Shown here piece after piece: positions 38,306-48,727 of a stretch of DNA of 64,000 bases. The position numbers and the translations under genes are program-made. The stretch lies in IMG/VR virus record IMGVR_UViG_3300032282_006037, positions 1-64,000 of that record; one strand, given 5' to 3'. The notes under the pieces were generated by a model. It saw nothing but the letters and a program-made list of their open reading frames with translations. It was not told where the DNA came from and did no database searches. Source of the DNA: a virus (taxonomy: Duplodnaviria; Caudoviricetes). Numbering within the stretch: position 1 is the first letter of the stretch; every line of letters starts with the position of its first letter.

Positions 38306-39386
38306 AAATCCCGCAGAAAGAATCGAAAAGATTCTTTTAGAACTTGGTTATAATTTAAATGATCGCGGTAAATATTGGCAAACAAATGCTGTTTATCGCA
38401 ATGGAGATAATAGAACTGCTTTACAAATTTGGAAGGATACTGGAATCTGGAAAGATTTTGTAGCTAACACAACTTATCAACCATTTAAAAAGCTTATTGA
38501 ATTAAGTTGTCAAGATGACATAAGGCTAAAAGAATTTTTTGAAGTAATTGAAGATAAAAATCATTGTTTTATAGATGTAGTAAAGACTCCTAAAATGGAA
38601 GCTGATCAATTTTTCAGTCATGATGAGGTTAAAACCTTACTTCCTCATTATCAATTCTATAACAATAAAAAAATATCTGATGATATATTAAAAACATATC
38701 GATCAGGATTTGCAATGTCAGGTAAAATGAATGGCAGATTTGTTTTTCCTGTTTTTGATGAAAATCAAAAAGTTGTTGGATTGAGTGGCAGACACATGTT
38801 ATGGAAAGAAAATTCAGCGTTTCCGAAATGGAAACATCTTGGCCGAAAAGCTAATTGGATATATCCAATAAATTTGCCTTCTGATATTTTCAGTAAAACA
38901 ATTGAAGAAAAGAAAGAAATAATACTTATTGAAGGTATTGGAGATAGTTTAGCGTTATCACAACAAGGCTTATATAATCACCTTGTTGTTTTTGGTCTTG
39001 AAATCAGTTCAAAGCAATTATCTTACTTGATGTCTTTATCATTGAATAAGATATATATATCAACAAATAACGATCAAGATAAAACAGATAATCGCGGACT
39101 TCTTGCCGCTATTAAGATATATTTAAAACTTATTAAGTACTTTGATATAAATAAAGTTGAGATTAGACTTCCTGTTGTTAAAGACTTTGGCGAAATGCTT
39201 GAAAAAGACATTAGTATCGATAAGTGGATCAACAAGAAAGTAAATAAAATCAGCCAAGTAGAATATATTCTTAAAGAATTGTATAATAATAAATCTGACA
39301 AGAAAATTATTTCGTTACTTGAAGATTATCTGGAACAATTAAATGTTGAAAGAAACACTATCCGCCAGCAAGATCAAGACGCTTAA
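38274..39386 (+). CDS. DNA primase (TOPRIM)
   Basis: GRFVFPV...VGLSGR, KWKH, ILIEGIGD, NNDQD, KDFGEM; N-terminal Zn-finger region lacks the Cys ligands. Confidence 0.82.
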   Translation: MEAMMYQNLTENPAERIEKILLELGYNLNDRGKYWQTNAVYRNGDNRTALQIWKDTGIWKDFVANTTYQPFKKLIELSCQDDIRLKEFFEVIEDKNHCFIDVVKTPKMEADQFFSHDEVKTLLPHYQFYNNKKISDDILKTYRSGFAMSGKMNGRFVFPVFDENQKVVGLSGRHMLWKENSAFPKWKHLGRKANWIYPINLPSDIFSKTIEEKKEIILIEGIGDSLALSQQGLYNHLVVFGLEISSKQLSYLMSLSLNKIYISTNNDQDKTDNRGLLAAIKIYLKLIKYFDINKVEIRLPVVKDFGEMLEKDISIDKWINKKVNKISQVEYILKELYNNKSDKKIISLLEDYLEQLNVERNTIRQQDQDA

Positions 39387-40380
39387 ATCTTGTTCTTGGT
39401 TATATTGGTGCAAGTATCCTTTAAAGCTTCCAGATAAAACAAATAGCGGAGCTTTAAAAGGAGAAATTGTGCATTTAGTTTTTGAATGTCTTGGCATCGA
39501 TAGACATAAAAAGCATTATGATCTTATTCTAAAAAAGAAAAATCCTTTTGCATCAAAAGCTGTCAAACGTCTTGTTTTAAAACATGTTAAGAATAAAAAT
39601 ATTTATGAAGACGAGCATGTAGACGATATCAAAGAAATGATATATAAAGGTTTGCTTTATGATTTTTTTGGAAATAAGTTTGGTAAGCCTACAGAAGTCA
39701 TTTCTGAAAAAGATTTTGAAATCGAAGTAAATGAAAATGACATAAAATACAAGATAAAAGGTTTCATAGATAAACTTTTTATCTACGGTAATAACAGTGT
39801 TGTTTTAATACGCGATTTTAAAACTAATAAGAAAAAATACGAAGGCAAAGAAGTATCAGATAATTTACAAGATTATATGTATACTCTGGCTATTCGAAAG
39901 CTTTATCCCCATCTTGAAAATATAAAAATGGAGTTTTTGTTTTTAAAACAAGATTTAGATGTTGATGGTGTTATGGAAATGATACCAAAATCTAAATACG
40001 AACTACTTGGATTTGAACATGAATTAACAGCTTATCAAAAATATGCTGATGGTTTTACTGAAAAAACTGCTGTTTCAAATCTTGCATACAACCAAGGTAT
40101 GCCAAAAGATGGCAGCTTTAGCGGTAAATTAATGTGTGGTTTTGCATCTAAGCCTAATGAATTAAAAAAAGATGGCAATCCTAAATGGTATTGTACATAT
40201 AAGTTTCCTTTTCATTACTATAGTATTATTAATTCTGAGAATAAAATTATAAAAAGCGCTTTTCAAAAAGAAGATTTGCTACAATATAAATTAAAAAACG
40301 ATGAAAAGATTGTTAAAAAATACTATCAAGGATGCCCAGCATTTAACAAGAAAGACGAATTTGATCTTGACAATTTTTGA
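39343..40380 (+). CDS. PD-(D/E)XK exonuclease (RecB/Cas4-like)
   Basis: LSASKIKTLKSC, GEIVH, KGFIDKL...IRDFKT, Q..MY, C-terminal Cys residues. Confidence 0.8.
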   Translation: MLKETLSASKIKTLKSCSWLYWCKYPLKLPDKTNSGALKGEIVHLVFECLGIDRHKKHYDLILKKKNPFASKAVKRLVLKHVKNKNIYEDEHVDDIKEMIYKGLLYDFFGNKFGKPTEVISEKDFEIEVNENDIKYKIKGFIDKLFIYGNNSVVLIRDFKTNKKKYEGKEVSDNLQDYMYTLAIRKLYPHLENIKMEFLFLKQDLDVDGVMEMIPKSKYELLGFEHELTAYQKYADGFTEKTAVSNLAYNQGMPKDGSFSGKLMCGFASKPNELKKDGNPKWYCTYKFPFHYYSIINSENKIIKSAFQKEDLLQYKLKNDEKIVKKYYQGCPAFNKKDEFDLDNF

Positions 40381-40395
40381 TCGATAACATATATT
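40367..40395 (+). promoter_or_regulatory. Sigma70-like promoter of the polymerase operon
   Basis: TTGACA-17-TATATT, 9 nt before ATG 40405. Confidence 0.7.
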
Positions 40396-40404
40396 CACTT
40401 GTAT

Positions 40405-41169
40405 ATGTTAGCTTTATTTAAGAGTTGCTATTCTATTGGTAAATCTATACTGACATTAGATGATCCAAAGAAAACTTCACCAGAAGGTTCTGATAGTATA
40501 TTTAAAATTGCATTAGAAAATAATTTAAAAGAGATTGTTCTGGTTGAGGATTCGCTGATTGGTTTCTTTGAAGCTTTTAAGAGATCAAAAGAGCTTAAGC
40601 TCAAATTAATATTTGGATTAAGACTTTCGATGCGTAATTCTTCTTTGCCTGAAGATTCGGATAGTCAGCACAAAGTTATTATCTTTGCAAAAAATAGTGA
40701 AGGTTGTAAACTGCTAAATAAAATATATTCTAAAGCTTTTTGTGATTTTAGCAGTTTTTTGAATTATGAATCGCTCAAGGACTTGTGGAATGACGATGAT
40801 GTAAAACTTGTTATTCCTTTTTACGATTCATTTATACATGTTAATTCTTTGTCTTTTGCAAATGCGATACCTGATTTGTCATTTACAAAGCCAACATTCT
40901 TTTTAGAAGATAACGGTTTAGCGTTAGACATACTTCTTCAAGAAAAGGTTTTAGAGTTTACAAAAAATAATAATTTTAAAACTCAAACAGCTAAAAGCAT
41001 TTATTATAAAAATAACGAAGATGTTGACGCTTTCATGACTTACAAGATTATTTGTAACAGGAGTCATGGAAAAGATCGGTCGTTAGAAAAGCCCGAACTC
41101 GCTCATTTTTGTAGCGATCAATTTAGTTTTCAATCTTGGAAAAATAAAATTAACTATGGTCACTCTTAA
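40405..41169 (+). CDS. Stand-alone PHP domain of DNA polymerase III alpha (metal ligands degenerate)
   Basis: FKSCYSIGKSIL, LIFGLRL, VIIFAKNSEGCKLLNKIYS, IYYKN.ED. Confidence 0.75.
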   Translation: MLALFKSCYSIGKSILTLDDPKKTSPEGSDSIFKIALENNLKEIVLVEDSLIGFFEAFKRSKELKLKLIFGLRLSMRNSSLPEDSDSQHKVIIFAKNSEGCKLLNKIYSKAFCDFSSFLNYESLKDLWNDDDVKLVIPFYDSFIHVNSLSFANAIPDLSFTKPTFFLEDNGLALDILLQEKVLEFTKNNNFKTQTAKSIYYKNNEDVDAFMTYKIICNRSHGKDRSLEKPELAHFCSDQFSFQSWKNKINYGHS

Positions 41170-41521
41170 AATTAATAATCAAAAAGAACAACTTATCGCT
41201 TCTGAAGATATTAGTTCTGGAACAACTGTATTTGTTTCTAATTGGTTTGATCAGGAAAGTAAAAATCCTTTTTATCTTCCTAAGTCAGAAATTAAGATGC
41301 AAGATAAACCTTGTATCAGTACTGATGATTTATTTACTCCTGTATCGTTAACTAGCTTTGGTGAATACATCAAACCAGATGCTCAAAATTATAACACAAC
41401 AGCTTTAATTGATTATCAGAATAAACAAGTTTCTTTTGTTGCAGTTAAAAACATCAAGAAAAATGATGAATTGATTTATACCTTAAATATTAATTTTTTT
41501 CCTAATGTTACGATTCAATAA
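41156..41521 (+). CDS. Degenerate SET-domain-like protein
   Basis: LIASEDISSGT..., FGEYIKP...YNT (NHS..PN position) and FVAVKNIKKNDELIY (cf. FA.RDI..GEELTxDY). Confidence 0.5.
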   Translation: MVTLKINNQKEQLIASEDISSGTTVFVSNWFDQESKNPFYLPKSEIKMQDKPCISTDDLFTPVSLTSFGEYIKPDAQNYNTTALIDYQNKQVSFVAVKNIKKNDELIYTLNINFFPNVTIQ

Positions 41522-42134
41522 AGATCAAAAATATATTTGCTTTGATTTTGAAACTTGCCATCTCAATTTAGTCAATACAGACAATAAGCCTTGGCAATTA
41601 AGTTATCTTATTGCAAAAGGTAATCAGATTATTAAAGAAGTGGATAATTATATTTACTGGCCTGATCTGAAATTGTCAGAAGGAGCTAAAGAAGTTACTC
41701 GTTTTGATGAAAGGCGTTATCATTCATTAGCTGCCGATCCAAAAGATATACTCTCTTCTTTTGAAGATTATATTTATGATAGCGACTATCTAATAGTAGG
41801 ACAAAATCTTCTTGGTTTTGATGTATACATACATAATATATATCGAAAACTTCTAGGCAAATCGCCTGATTTTTCTTATGTTAAACGTATTCTCGATACA
41901 AATTGCATCGCTAAAGCAATTAAAAAGAATATTAAACCACAAAAGGATTTAGACTTTACTTGTTGGCAGTATAGATTAAATGATTTCCGCGAAAAAGGAT
42001 TAAAAACAAGCATAAAAGCTCAATTAAAAGATTATAAGATTGATTTTGATGAGAACATGTTGCATAATTCTATGTACGACGTTCAGATGAACTTCAAAAT
42101 CTTTCAGAAGCAGCTTTGGCAAATCGAAATATGA
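41505..42134 (+). CDS. DEDDh 3'-5' exonuclease (DnaQ/epsilon-like)
   Basis: FDFET, QNLLGFD, LDT, LHNSMYD. Confidence 0.88.
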   Translation: MLRFNKDQKYICFDFETCHLNLVNTDNKPWQLSYLIAKGNQIIKEVDNYIYWPDLKLSEGAKEVTRFDERRYHSLAADPKDILSSFEDYIYDSDYLIVGQNLLGFDVYIHNIYRKLLGKSPDFSYVKRILDTNCIAKAIKKNIKPQKDLDFTCWQYRLNDFREKGLKTSIKAQLKDYKIDFDENMLHNSMYDVQMNFKIFQKQLWQIEI

Positions 42135-44683
42135 ATTTTTTACAAGACATTCAGAGTTATGATGACGCAATGTTGCCGGGTGTAAGATTGCCTCAAATAT
42201 CAATCGATAGTAAATATTATGATTTACTGAAGATTCCAACGTCTTCAGATAATTTTACTTTTCTTAAAACTTTATGCTATCGCAGTTTAGAGAATAAGAA
42301 TCTAAATAAGAAAGAGTATGTAGATAGATTAGAGATGGAGTTGCAGATTTTTCATGAACTTGATTTCGTTGATTATGTGTTACTGAATTGGGACATTCTT
42401 AATTTCTGTCACGAAAATAATATTCCAACTGGTCCCGGTCGAGGTAGTGCTGCGGGTTCATTGGTTTTGTTTTTGGTTGATGTCACTAAAGTAGATCCAA
42501 TTCGATATGGACTTTTCTTTGAGCGATTTGTAAGTAAGTCTCGCGCAAAGAAGATTATCAAAAACGATATTACATATCTTGACGGTTCGCTATTGCCAGA
42601 CGTAGATAACGACATTAGTTATGATCGCAGAAATGAGGTTATTAAATATATTGAAAACAAGCATTTTGGTAAAACTTCAAAAATCTTAACTCTTAATACT
42701 TTATCTAGTAAACTTTGTATCAAAGAGTGCGGTAAAATTGTTGGCGGTTATTCTGAAACGGAAGTAAACGAAATTAGCGATCTAATTCCAAAACAATTCG
42801 GTCGCGTTTTTGGCTTAGAAGAAGCTGCTAAGGAAAACGATAAGTTTAAAAAGTGGTGCGACGATAATCCTAAGCTATTTAAAATAGCTAAGAAAATTGA
42901 AGGCTTAAACAAGAATACTGGTGTTCATCCTTCTGGTATTGCTATTTCTTACTATAAGATAGATGAAGTTTGCCCTGTTCAGAAAACTTCAGATGGAGAT
43001 TTAGTTAGCGGATATGATATGAATTATGTCGCTGAACTAATGGTAAAATTTGATGTTCTTGGATTAAGAACTTTAACTGTTGTTAATGAAGTATGCAAAA
43101 TGTTGAACATGGATATGACAAGTATCGATCCAGAAGATCCATTTATATATGAAAATTTGCAAAATCTAAAAACTCCTCAAGGTTTATTCCAAATTGAAGC
43201 TGATACTAACTTTAAAGTATGTAAAAAAGTCAGACCAAAATCGCTTGAACAATTAAGCGCGGTAGTTGCAATTGCTCGTCCGGGTGCATTAGATTTCGTA
43301 GATCAATATGCAACGTATTCAGCTTCAGGAGTATTCCAGCTCGTTCACGACTTCTTTAAAGAAGAATTGTCTTATACTGGAGGTATTCCATTGTATCAAG
43401 AGCAGTTGATGAAGATGGCGGTTCGTTTAGGTTTTACTTTAGATGAATCAGAGCAGTTGCGTAGAATTGTCGGTAAAAAGAAAGTGGATCAGATGCCAGC
43501 ATGGCAAGGCAAGATTCGACAAAAGGTTACTGAACAAAATCTAGACCCAGCTATTGGTGATGTATTGTGGAAAGTTGCAGAGGATTCTGCAAACTATTCA
43601 TTTAATAAATCTCACTCAATTAGTTATGCTATTCTTGCGGCTTGGACAACTTACTTGAAGTTCAAACATCCAAAAGAATTTTTTCTAGCTTTATTGAAGC
43701 TTTCTAAGTTTGAGCCTGATTCTCATAAAGAAATCAATAAAATATCAAAAGAGTTAATGTTTTTTGATATTGAATTGCTTCCTCCTGACTTAGCTAAATC
43801 TGCAATCGATTTTAACATTGAAGATAAGAATATTCGATTTGGATTAAATTCTATCAAAGGTGTTTCAGAAAAGACACTTGAATCACTTCAGCAATTTAGA
43901 GAAACCAATACTCCTAATAAATTTGATATCTTTATTACAGCTAAACAAGCTGGAATCAATATTGGTTTATTGTCTTCTTTGATTCAAGCTGGAACATTAA
44001 GTTCTTATACTCATCGCAGATCAAGATTAGTCCTTGAAGCTCAAACCTTCAATCTGCTTACAGACAAAGAAAAGAAGTACGCTTATTCTATTGGAGATAA
44101 ATATAATTACGATATTCTAACAATTGTTAGTGAATGTGCTTTTAAGAATAAAAATATAAATCAAGACGGCAAGCCATTCATGTCAGATAAAAGAAAGGCA
44201 ACCTTCAAGAAAAAGTACGATGAATATAAGAAAATATATGATCAAAACAAGAATCATGAAAAATTTGCTAATTGGGTATTTGAAAACAAACTGCTTGGTT
44301 ATACTCCATCTATCAAATTGAAAACCGTTTTTGAACAACCTGAAGCCACTTTTACTGATACTTTAGAATTTCAATCTACTTTAAAGAATGATTTAGTTAA
44401 AATTGTTGGAGTTGTAGATGATGTTTATAAAGGAAAGAGCAAAAAGAGTAATAATCAATTCTTTAGAATTGCTTTGAAAGATGAAGTTGGAACTGTGATG
44501 GGTTTATTTATGGATGGTGGAAAAAAAGCTCGTTTATCAGAGTATTTAGAAGATGGCTTAAAGATTCCAGAAAAAGAAAACATTGTAGTTTTTACTGGAC
44601 GAAAAGGTGATGATGTGTTATGGATAGAGAACATTGCAATACTTGATGATAAAATTTACATGAAGCTATCTGACGTAGAATGA
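42131..44683 (+). CDS. dnaE: DNA polymerase III alpha core (DnaE without PHP)
   Basis: GPGRGSAAGSLV, FFERF, PDVDND, GVHPSGI, KFDVLGL, YQEQLM, YSFNKSHS, C-terminal OB fold. Confidence 0.93.
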   Translation: MNFLQDIQSYDDAMLPGVRLPQISIDSKYYDLLKIPTSSDNFTFLKTLCYRSLENKNLNKKEYVDRLEMELQIFHELDFVDYVLLNWDILNFCHENNIPTGPGRGSAAGSLVLFLVDVTKVDPIRYGLFFERFVSKSRAKKIIKNDITYLDGSLLPDVDNDISYDRRNEVIKYIENKHFGKTSKILTLNTLSSKLCIKECGKIVGGYSETEVNEISDLIPKQFGRVFGLEEAAKENDKFKKWCDDNPKLFKIAKKIEGLNKNTGVHPSGIAISYYKIDEVCPVQKTSDGDLVSGYDMNYVAELMVKFDVLGLRTLTVVNEVCKMLNMDMTSIDPEDPFIYENLQNLKTPQGLFQIEADTNFKVCKKVRPKSLEQLSAVVAIARPGALDFVDQYATYSASGVFQLVHDFFKEELSYTGGIPLYQEQLMKMAVRLGFTLDESEQLRRIVGKKKVDQMPAWQGKIRQKVTEQNLDPAIGDVLWKVAEDSANYSFNKSHSISYAILAAWTTYLKFKHPKEFFLALLKLSKFEPDSHKEINKISKELMFFDIELLPPDLAKSAIDFNIEDKNIRFGLNSIKGVSEKTLESLQQFRETNTPNKFDIFITAKQAGINIGLLSSLIQAGTLSSYTHRRSRLVLEAQTFNLLTDKEKKYAYSIGDKYNYDILTIVSECAFKNKNINQDGKPFMSDKRKATFKKKYDEYKKIYDQNKNHEKFANWVFENKLLGYTPSIKLKTVFEQPEATFTDTLEFQSTLKNDLVKIVGVVDDVYKGKSKKSNNQFFRIALKDEVGTVMGLFMDGGKKARLSEYLEDGLKIPEKENIVVFTGRKGDDVLWIENIAILDDKIYMKLSDVE

Positions 44684-47088
44684 AAAATTTAAATCTTACA
44701 CCAAGAGCGCAAAAGCTTATCAAAGAAGCTTTAAAAGTAGCTTTAGCGCATAGAAACATCAGAATTACACATCTTCATTTATTTGATGCATTTTTAAATC
44801 TTAATAATAATCAAATAGAAGAAGCTTTTTTACAATTTGAATTAGATGTAGTTAAAATAAAAGAAAAATGCTCAAAGTTTATAGATGATAATTATTCAGT
44901 AACAAATAAAAAGAATAATAAACCTTCTTTATCTGATTCAGCTAAATCTATTTTTACTTGCGCTAAAGAAATATCAGCTAAATTTGATCATAAATATATT
45001 GGACTTGAACATATCTTTTTAGCTATGTTTGAGGTTCAGTATGATTTATTTCAATTATTTTTATCTAGCATAGATTTTAATTTTGAAAATATTGTAGACT
45101 ATATAGAAAGTAAATTAGAAGAAGATGATTTGATGTCTATTAAAGAAGACATCTCAAAGCCAGAACAAAAGATGTCAGAATCTTTTGATGCTAGAAAATA
45201 TAAAATGCTTAATACATATGCTTCTAGTCTTAATGCGCAAGTAATTTCTGGTAAAATAAATAATCTTCATATTAATGAAGAATTAATTAAAAAGATATCT
45301 GAGGTTCTTTGTAGAAAGACAAAGAATAATCCTTTGATTGTGGGTGAAGCTGGTGTCGGAAAAACGGCTTTAGTCGAATCGTTAGCTCAAGCTATTGTAA
45401 ATAATCAATGCTCTGATTTATTAGGATTGAAGCAGATTTATACATTGGATATACCAATGATGATTGCAGGTTGTAAATATAGAGGAGAGTTTGAAGAAAA
45501 GATCAAGAATCTGTTAAAAGAAATAGTAAACGATCCTTATATTATATTATTTATTGATGAAATTCATACAATCATTGGCGCTGGAAATCCAGAAAATGGG
45601 CATGATGTCGCTAATATATTAAAGCCTTATTTAGCTAGAGGAGAAATCAGTTGTATTGGCGCGACTACTTTCGATGAATATCGCAAAACAATTGCTGATG
45701 ACCCTGCGTTAAGTCGGCGTTTTCAAATGATCAAGATCGAAGAACCGACAAAAGAGCAGACTTTCGATTTGATTAAAAACATCAAGAAAGATTATGAAAC
45801 TTATCACATTATTGAGTTTACCGATGATGTATTAAGATTTATTATTAATACTGCTGAAAAATATATTGAAGGTAGATTTCCAGATAAGGCTTTAGATATT
45901 ATTGATCAAGTAGGATCTAAAGCTAAGTTAAAGAATTTTACTAAAACGCCAGAAATGATTAAGATTGAAAGTAAAATCATGAAGGCTGCTAAAAAAGATA
46001 AAATTGCAAGTGAAAATCAATTTACTCCAAATATCCAATCTCTCTTATCAAAATACCAAGGAGTTGTTGAAAAATTAGTAAATAAATTAAAGAGTAAAAA
46101 ATACAAGATTACCGAGGATGATGTTTTACAAGTCGTATCTGATAAAACTAATATTCCTTTTAGCGATTTAAAAAAGCAAGATTTTGAAAAAGTTCAGCAA
46201 GTCAAAAAAGAACTTCAAGATAACGTTGTAGGTCAAAATGAACAAATAGATCAAATCTATAAATGTTTGATACGCGCTAAAGCTGGTTTTCGTAATCAGA
46301 ATAAGCCTATTTGTTCAATGTTGTTCGCAGGATCAACTGGAATCGGCAAAACGATGACAGCTAAACTTCTGGCAACTAATCTTTTCGTCAATAAAAATAA
46401 TTTCATCTTTATTGACATGTCGGAGTATGCTGATAAAACAGCTGTAAATAAACTAATTGGTTCTAATCCAGGTTATATTGGTTACGATAAAGGCGGTGTT
46501 CTAACAGAAAAAGTTAGAAAGAATCCATATTCTTTAATTTTATTTGATGAAATTCAAAAAGCAGATGAAGAAGTTTTATTCTTGTTGTTACAGATATTAG
46601 AAGAAGGCAAATTATCTGACTCTTCTGGAAAAACAATTGATTTTTCTAATAGCATTATTGTGATGACTACTAATGTTGGCGCTCAAGCAGTAAATAACAA
46701 TTCTATTGGATTTGTTACTGCTAAAAACTCTATAAAGACTGATGTTTTAAGTTCAGTAAAAAAATATTTTCCTCCTGATTTATTAAATAGGTTAGATGAA
46801 ATAGTTGTCTTTAATCCATTACAAGAATCTCAAATCAAAGTTATTATCGAAAAAGAAATGAATCAGTTCAAGAAAGAACTGAGCGCTAAAAATATTAATA
46901 TTGATTATTCAGAAGAAGTTATAATGTATGTATTTAAGAAAATTCAGTTTGATAATTTTGGTGCTCGTCAAGTAATTAAAACTATTCAGCGCGAAATTCA
47001 AACCTTGATTGCAGAAAAGATATTAGAGAATAAAGAAATTTGTAATATAAAAATTTCTGTAAAAGATAATAATATTTGTGTAACATAA
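44680..47088 (+). CDS. ClpA/ClpC-type AAA+ unfoldase
   Basis: Double Clp-N domain, [44 protein letters not shown], ClpP-docking IGF loop. Confidence 0.92.
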   Translation: MKNLNLTPRAQKLIKEALKVALAHRNIRITHLHLFDAFLNLNNNQIEEAFLQFELDVVKIKEKCSKFIDDNYSVTNKKNNKPSLSDSAKSIFTCAKEISAKFDHKYIGLEHIFLAMFEVQYDLFQLFLSSIDFNFENIVDYIESKLEEDDLMSIKEDISKPEQKMSESFDARKYKMLNTYASSLNAQVISGKINNLHINEELIKKISEVLCRKTKNNPLIVGEAGVGKTALVESLAQAIVNNQCSDLLGLKQIYTLDIPMMIAGCKYRGEFEEKIKNLLKEIVNDPYIILFIDEIHTIIGAGNPENGHDVANILKPYLARGEISCIGATTFDEYRKTIADDPALSRRFQMIKIEEPTKEQTFDLIKNIKKDYETYHIIEFTDDVLRFIINTAEKYIEGRFPDKALDIIDQVGSKAKLKNFTKTPEMIKIESKIMKAAKKDKIASENQFTPNIQSLLSKYQGVVEKLVNKLKSKKYKITEDDVLQVVSDKTNIPFSDLKKQDFEKVQQVKKELQDNVVGQNEQIDQIYKCLIRAKAGFRNQNKPICSMLFAGSTGIGKTMTAKLLATNLFVNKNNFIFIDMSEYADKTAVNKLIGSNPGYIGYDKGGVLTEKVRKNPYSLILFDEIQKADEEVLFLLLQILEEGKLSDSSGKTIDFSNSIIVMTTNVGAQAVNNNSIGFVTAKNSIKTDVLSSVKKYFPPDLLNRLDEIVVFNPLQESQIKVIIEKEMNQFKKELSAKNINIDYSEEVIMYVFKKIQFDNFGARQVIKTIQREIQTLIAEKILENKEICNIKISVKDNNICVT
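47078..47083 (+). promoter_or_regulatory. GTGTAW motif
   Basis: GTGTAA 9 nt before ATG 47093. Confidence 0.7.
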
Positions 47089-47092
47089 ATAT

Positions 47093-47296
47093 ATGCCACT
47101 TCCTAAACCTCGTAAGAAAGAAACAGAACAAGAATTCGTAAGTCGCTGCATGGGCGACAATATGATGAATAAAGACTTTAAAGATCAAAAGCAACGAGCT
47201 GCTGTTTGTTACTCGCAATTTAGAATTAGAGAACGTATGAAAGGCGAAGCCAGTTGGGACGACGTGCGCATCGGTGATAGTTTAAATCTTCTATAA
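47093..47296 (+). CDS. Small conserved phage protein (MPLPKP...FVSRCM...[10 protein letters not shown])
   Basis: Motif recurrent in phage proteins. Confidence 0.75.
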   Translation: MPLPKPRKKETEQEFVSRCMGDNMMNKDFKDQKQRAAVCYSQFRIRERMKGEASWDDVRIGDSLNLL

Positions 47297-47297
47297 T

Positions 47298-48446
47298 ATG
47301 AACGAATATAATCCTCTTTACAATGTCAACGCAAACAATGATGGCAAAAACGATACATTCGATTTTGCTATGCCTGACATTCCTGATCCAGTAGAACCAG
47401 TACAAGTCGAATTGAAAGATAAAGATGCTGTAGGTTTTAAGTTTGGTTTTATTGGTGCTGGTCAAGGAGGAAGTAAACTAGCAGAAACCTTTTCTCAAAT
47501 TGGTTATGCTAGAGTTGGCGTCATTAATACTGCTGATCAAGATTTAGCAACTATCAATGTTAAAAATAAGTTGAAGTTTGGCGAGCAGCAAGGCGCTGGC
47601 AAAAATAGAGAGTTCGCTAAACAAGCATTTATTAATCACAAAGAAGATGTAGTTGATTTTATTAAACAGTCTGTTGGAACTGATATAGATCGTGTGTTTG
47701 CTGTCGTTGGCGCTGGTGGTGGTACTGGAGCAGGCGTTTGTTCAGAATTAGTTAAAACTCTTAAAGAATATCAAACAACAGTTAAAGCTACATCTCCATA
47801 TGTTGGATTAATATTGGCGCTACCTAAACTATCTGAAGGCAAAAAAGTAAGTGAAAACGCTTATGCTACATTAAAAGAAGCTTGTAAATTAGTTGAAGAT
47901 AAAGTTGTTTCTCCATTAATTATTTTAGATAATGAAAAGATCAACGCTTTATATCCTAAGTTGTCTGTAAATAAGTTCTGGCAAGTAGCAAATGCTAATA
48001 TTTGTGCGTTATTTCATTTATTTAATAATATTATAACCAAGAATAGTCAATATAGTACATTTGATACAAATGATTTTCGTACTGTTTTAGATTCTGGTAT
48101 TATGGTGTTTGGCGCAGCTAATATCACTGAGTTTAAAAATGAAGCTGAAATTTCTAAAGCTGTTAGAGAAAATCTAAAGCGTAACGTTCTTTGTGGTGAG
48201 CTAGATTTAGCTACCGGCAGTGTCGCTGCTGCTGTGGCAATTTGTGATGAAAAAACTTTAGATAGCATCCCTCAAGAATATTTAGATAATGCTTTCAATC
48301 AACTAAACAGAACATTAAAAACTAATAGCACAGTTCATCAAGGTATTTATAAAGGCGTTAAAGATGGATTATCCATTTTTACAGCTATTGGTGGCATATC
48401 AACTCCAAATGGTAAGCTAGAAGCTCTTCTAAAAGCTAGTCAATAA
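47298..48446 (+). CDS. Tubulin/FtsZ-family GTPase
   Basis: GAGQGGSKL, INTA..DL, GAGKN, GGGTGAG signature, LDNEK, T7-loop FDTNDF. Confidence 0.9.
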   Translation: MNEYNPLYNVNANNDGKNDTFDFAMPDIPDPVEPVQVELKDKDAVGFKFGFIGAGQGGSKLAETFSQIGYARVGVINTADQDLATINVKNKLKFGEQQGAGKNREFAKQAFINHKEDVVDFIKQSVGTDIDRVFAVVGAGGGTGAGVCSELVKTLKEYQTTVKATSPYVGLILALPKLSEGKKVSENAYATLKEACKLVEDKVVSPLIILDNEKINALYPKLSVNKFWQVANANICALFHLFNNIITKNSQYSTFDTNDFRTVLDSGIMVFGAANITEFKNEAEISKAVRENLKRNVLCGELDLATGSVAAAVAICDEKTLDSIPQEYLDNAFNQLNRTLKTNSTVHQGIYKGVKDGLSIFTAIGGISTPNGKLEALLKASQ

Positions 48447-48452
48447 GTGTAA
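48447..48452 (+). promoter_or_regulatory. GTGTAW motif
   Basis: GTGTAA 11 nt before ATG 48464. Confidence 0.7.
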
Positions 48453-48463
48453 CATTTAATATA

Positions 48464-48688
48464 ATGAATAATAATTTCGTCCCATTTTGTACTTTTAATA
48501 CTGGAACTACTATTAGTTGCCCAAGCGAAAGAAGCATATATGTCACTGCTGCTTTAGGTAGTATTAGCGGTAGTGCTGGTGTTGTTTCAGTCGGTGCTAA
48601 TCAAGTTCTTCAGCCTTCTGTGCCTGTTAAATTTGATTCAAACATCAGCGGCGCTGCTCGTACAATTTTCTATTATATTGCTGATTAA
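48464..48688 (+). CDS. Small beta-rich protein (possible virion decoration protein)
   Basis: 74-aa ORF with GTGTAA motif upstream; S/G/V-rich. Confidence 0.6.
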   Translation: MNNNFVPFCTFNTGTTISCPSERSIYVTAALGSISGSAGVVSVGANQVLQPSVPVKFDSNISGAARTIFYYIAD

Positions 48689-48692
48689 TTGG

Positions 48693-48727
48693 TAGAAATT
48701 TTGCTTCGCAAGACTTATCATCTTGCG
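48693..48727 (+). promoter_or_regulatory. Promoter (TAGAAA-17-TATCAT) with inverted repeat CGCAAGA/TCTTGCG around the -10
   Basis: 7-bp inverted repeat ending immediately before ATG 48728. Confidence 0.5.

Noticed and set aside
36791-44683. Inteins or introns in DnaB, DnaE or NrdJ
   Set aside because: Motif spacing is continuous and no splice-junction or LAGLIDADG signatures were seen
47298-48446. Calling this a nucleus-forming (chimallin/PhuZ) phage or a host ftsZ
   Set aside because: No chimallin recognised in the window, no dcw-cluster context and no FtsZ C-terminal peptide; only family-level assignment is supportable
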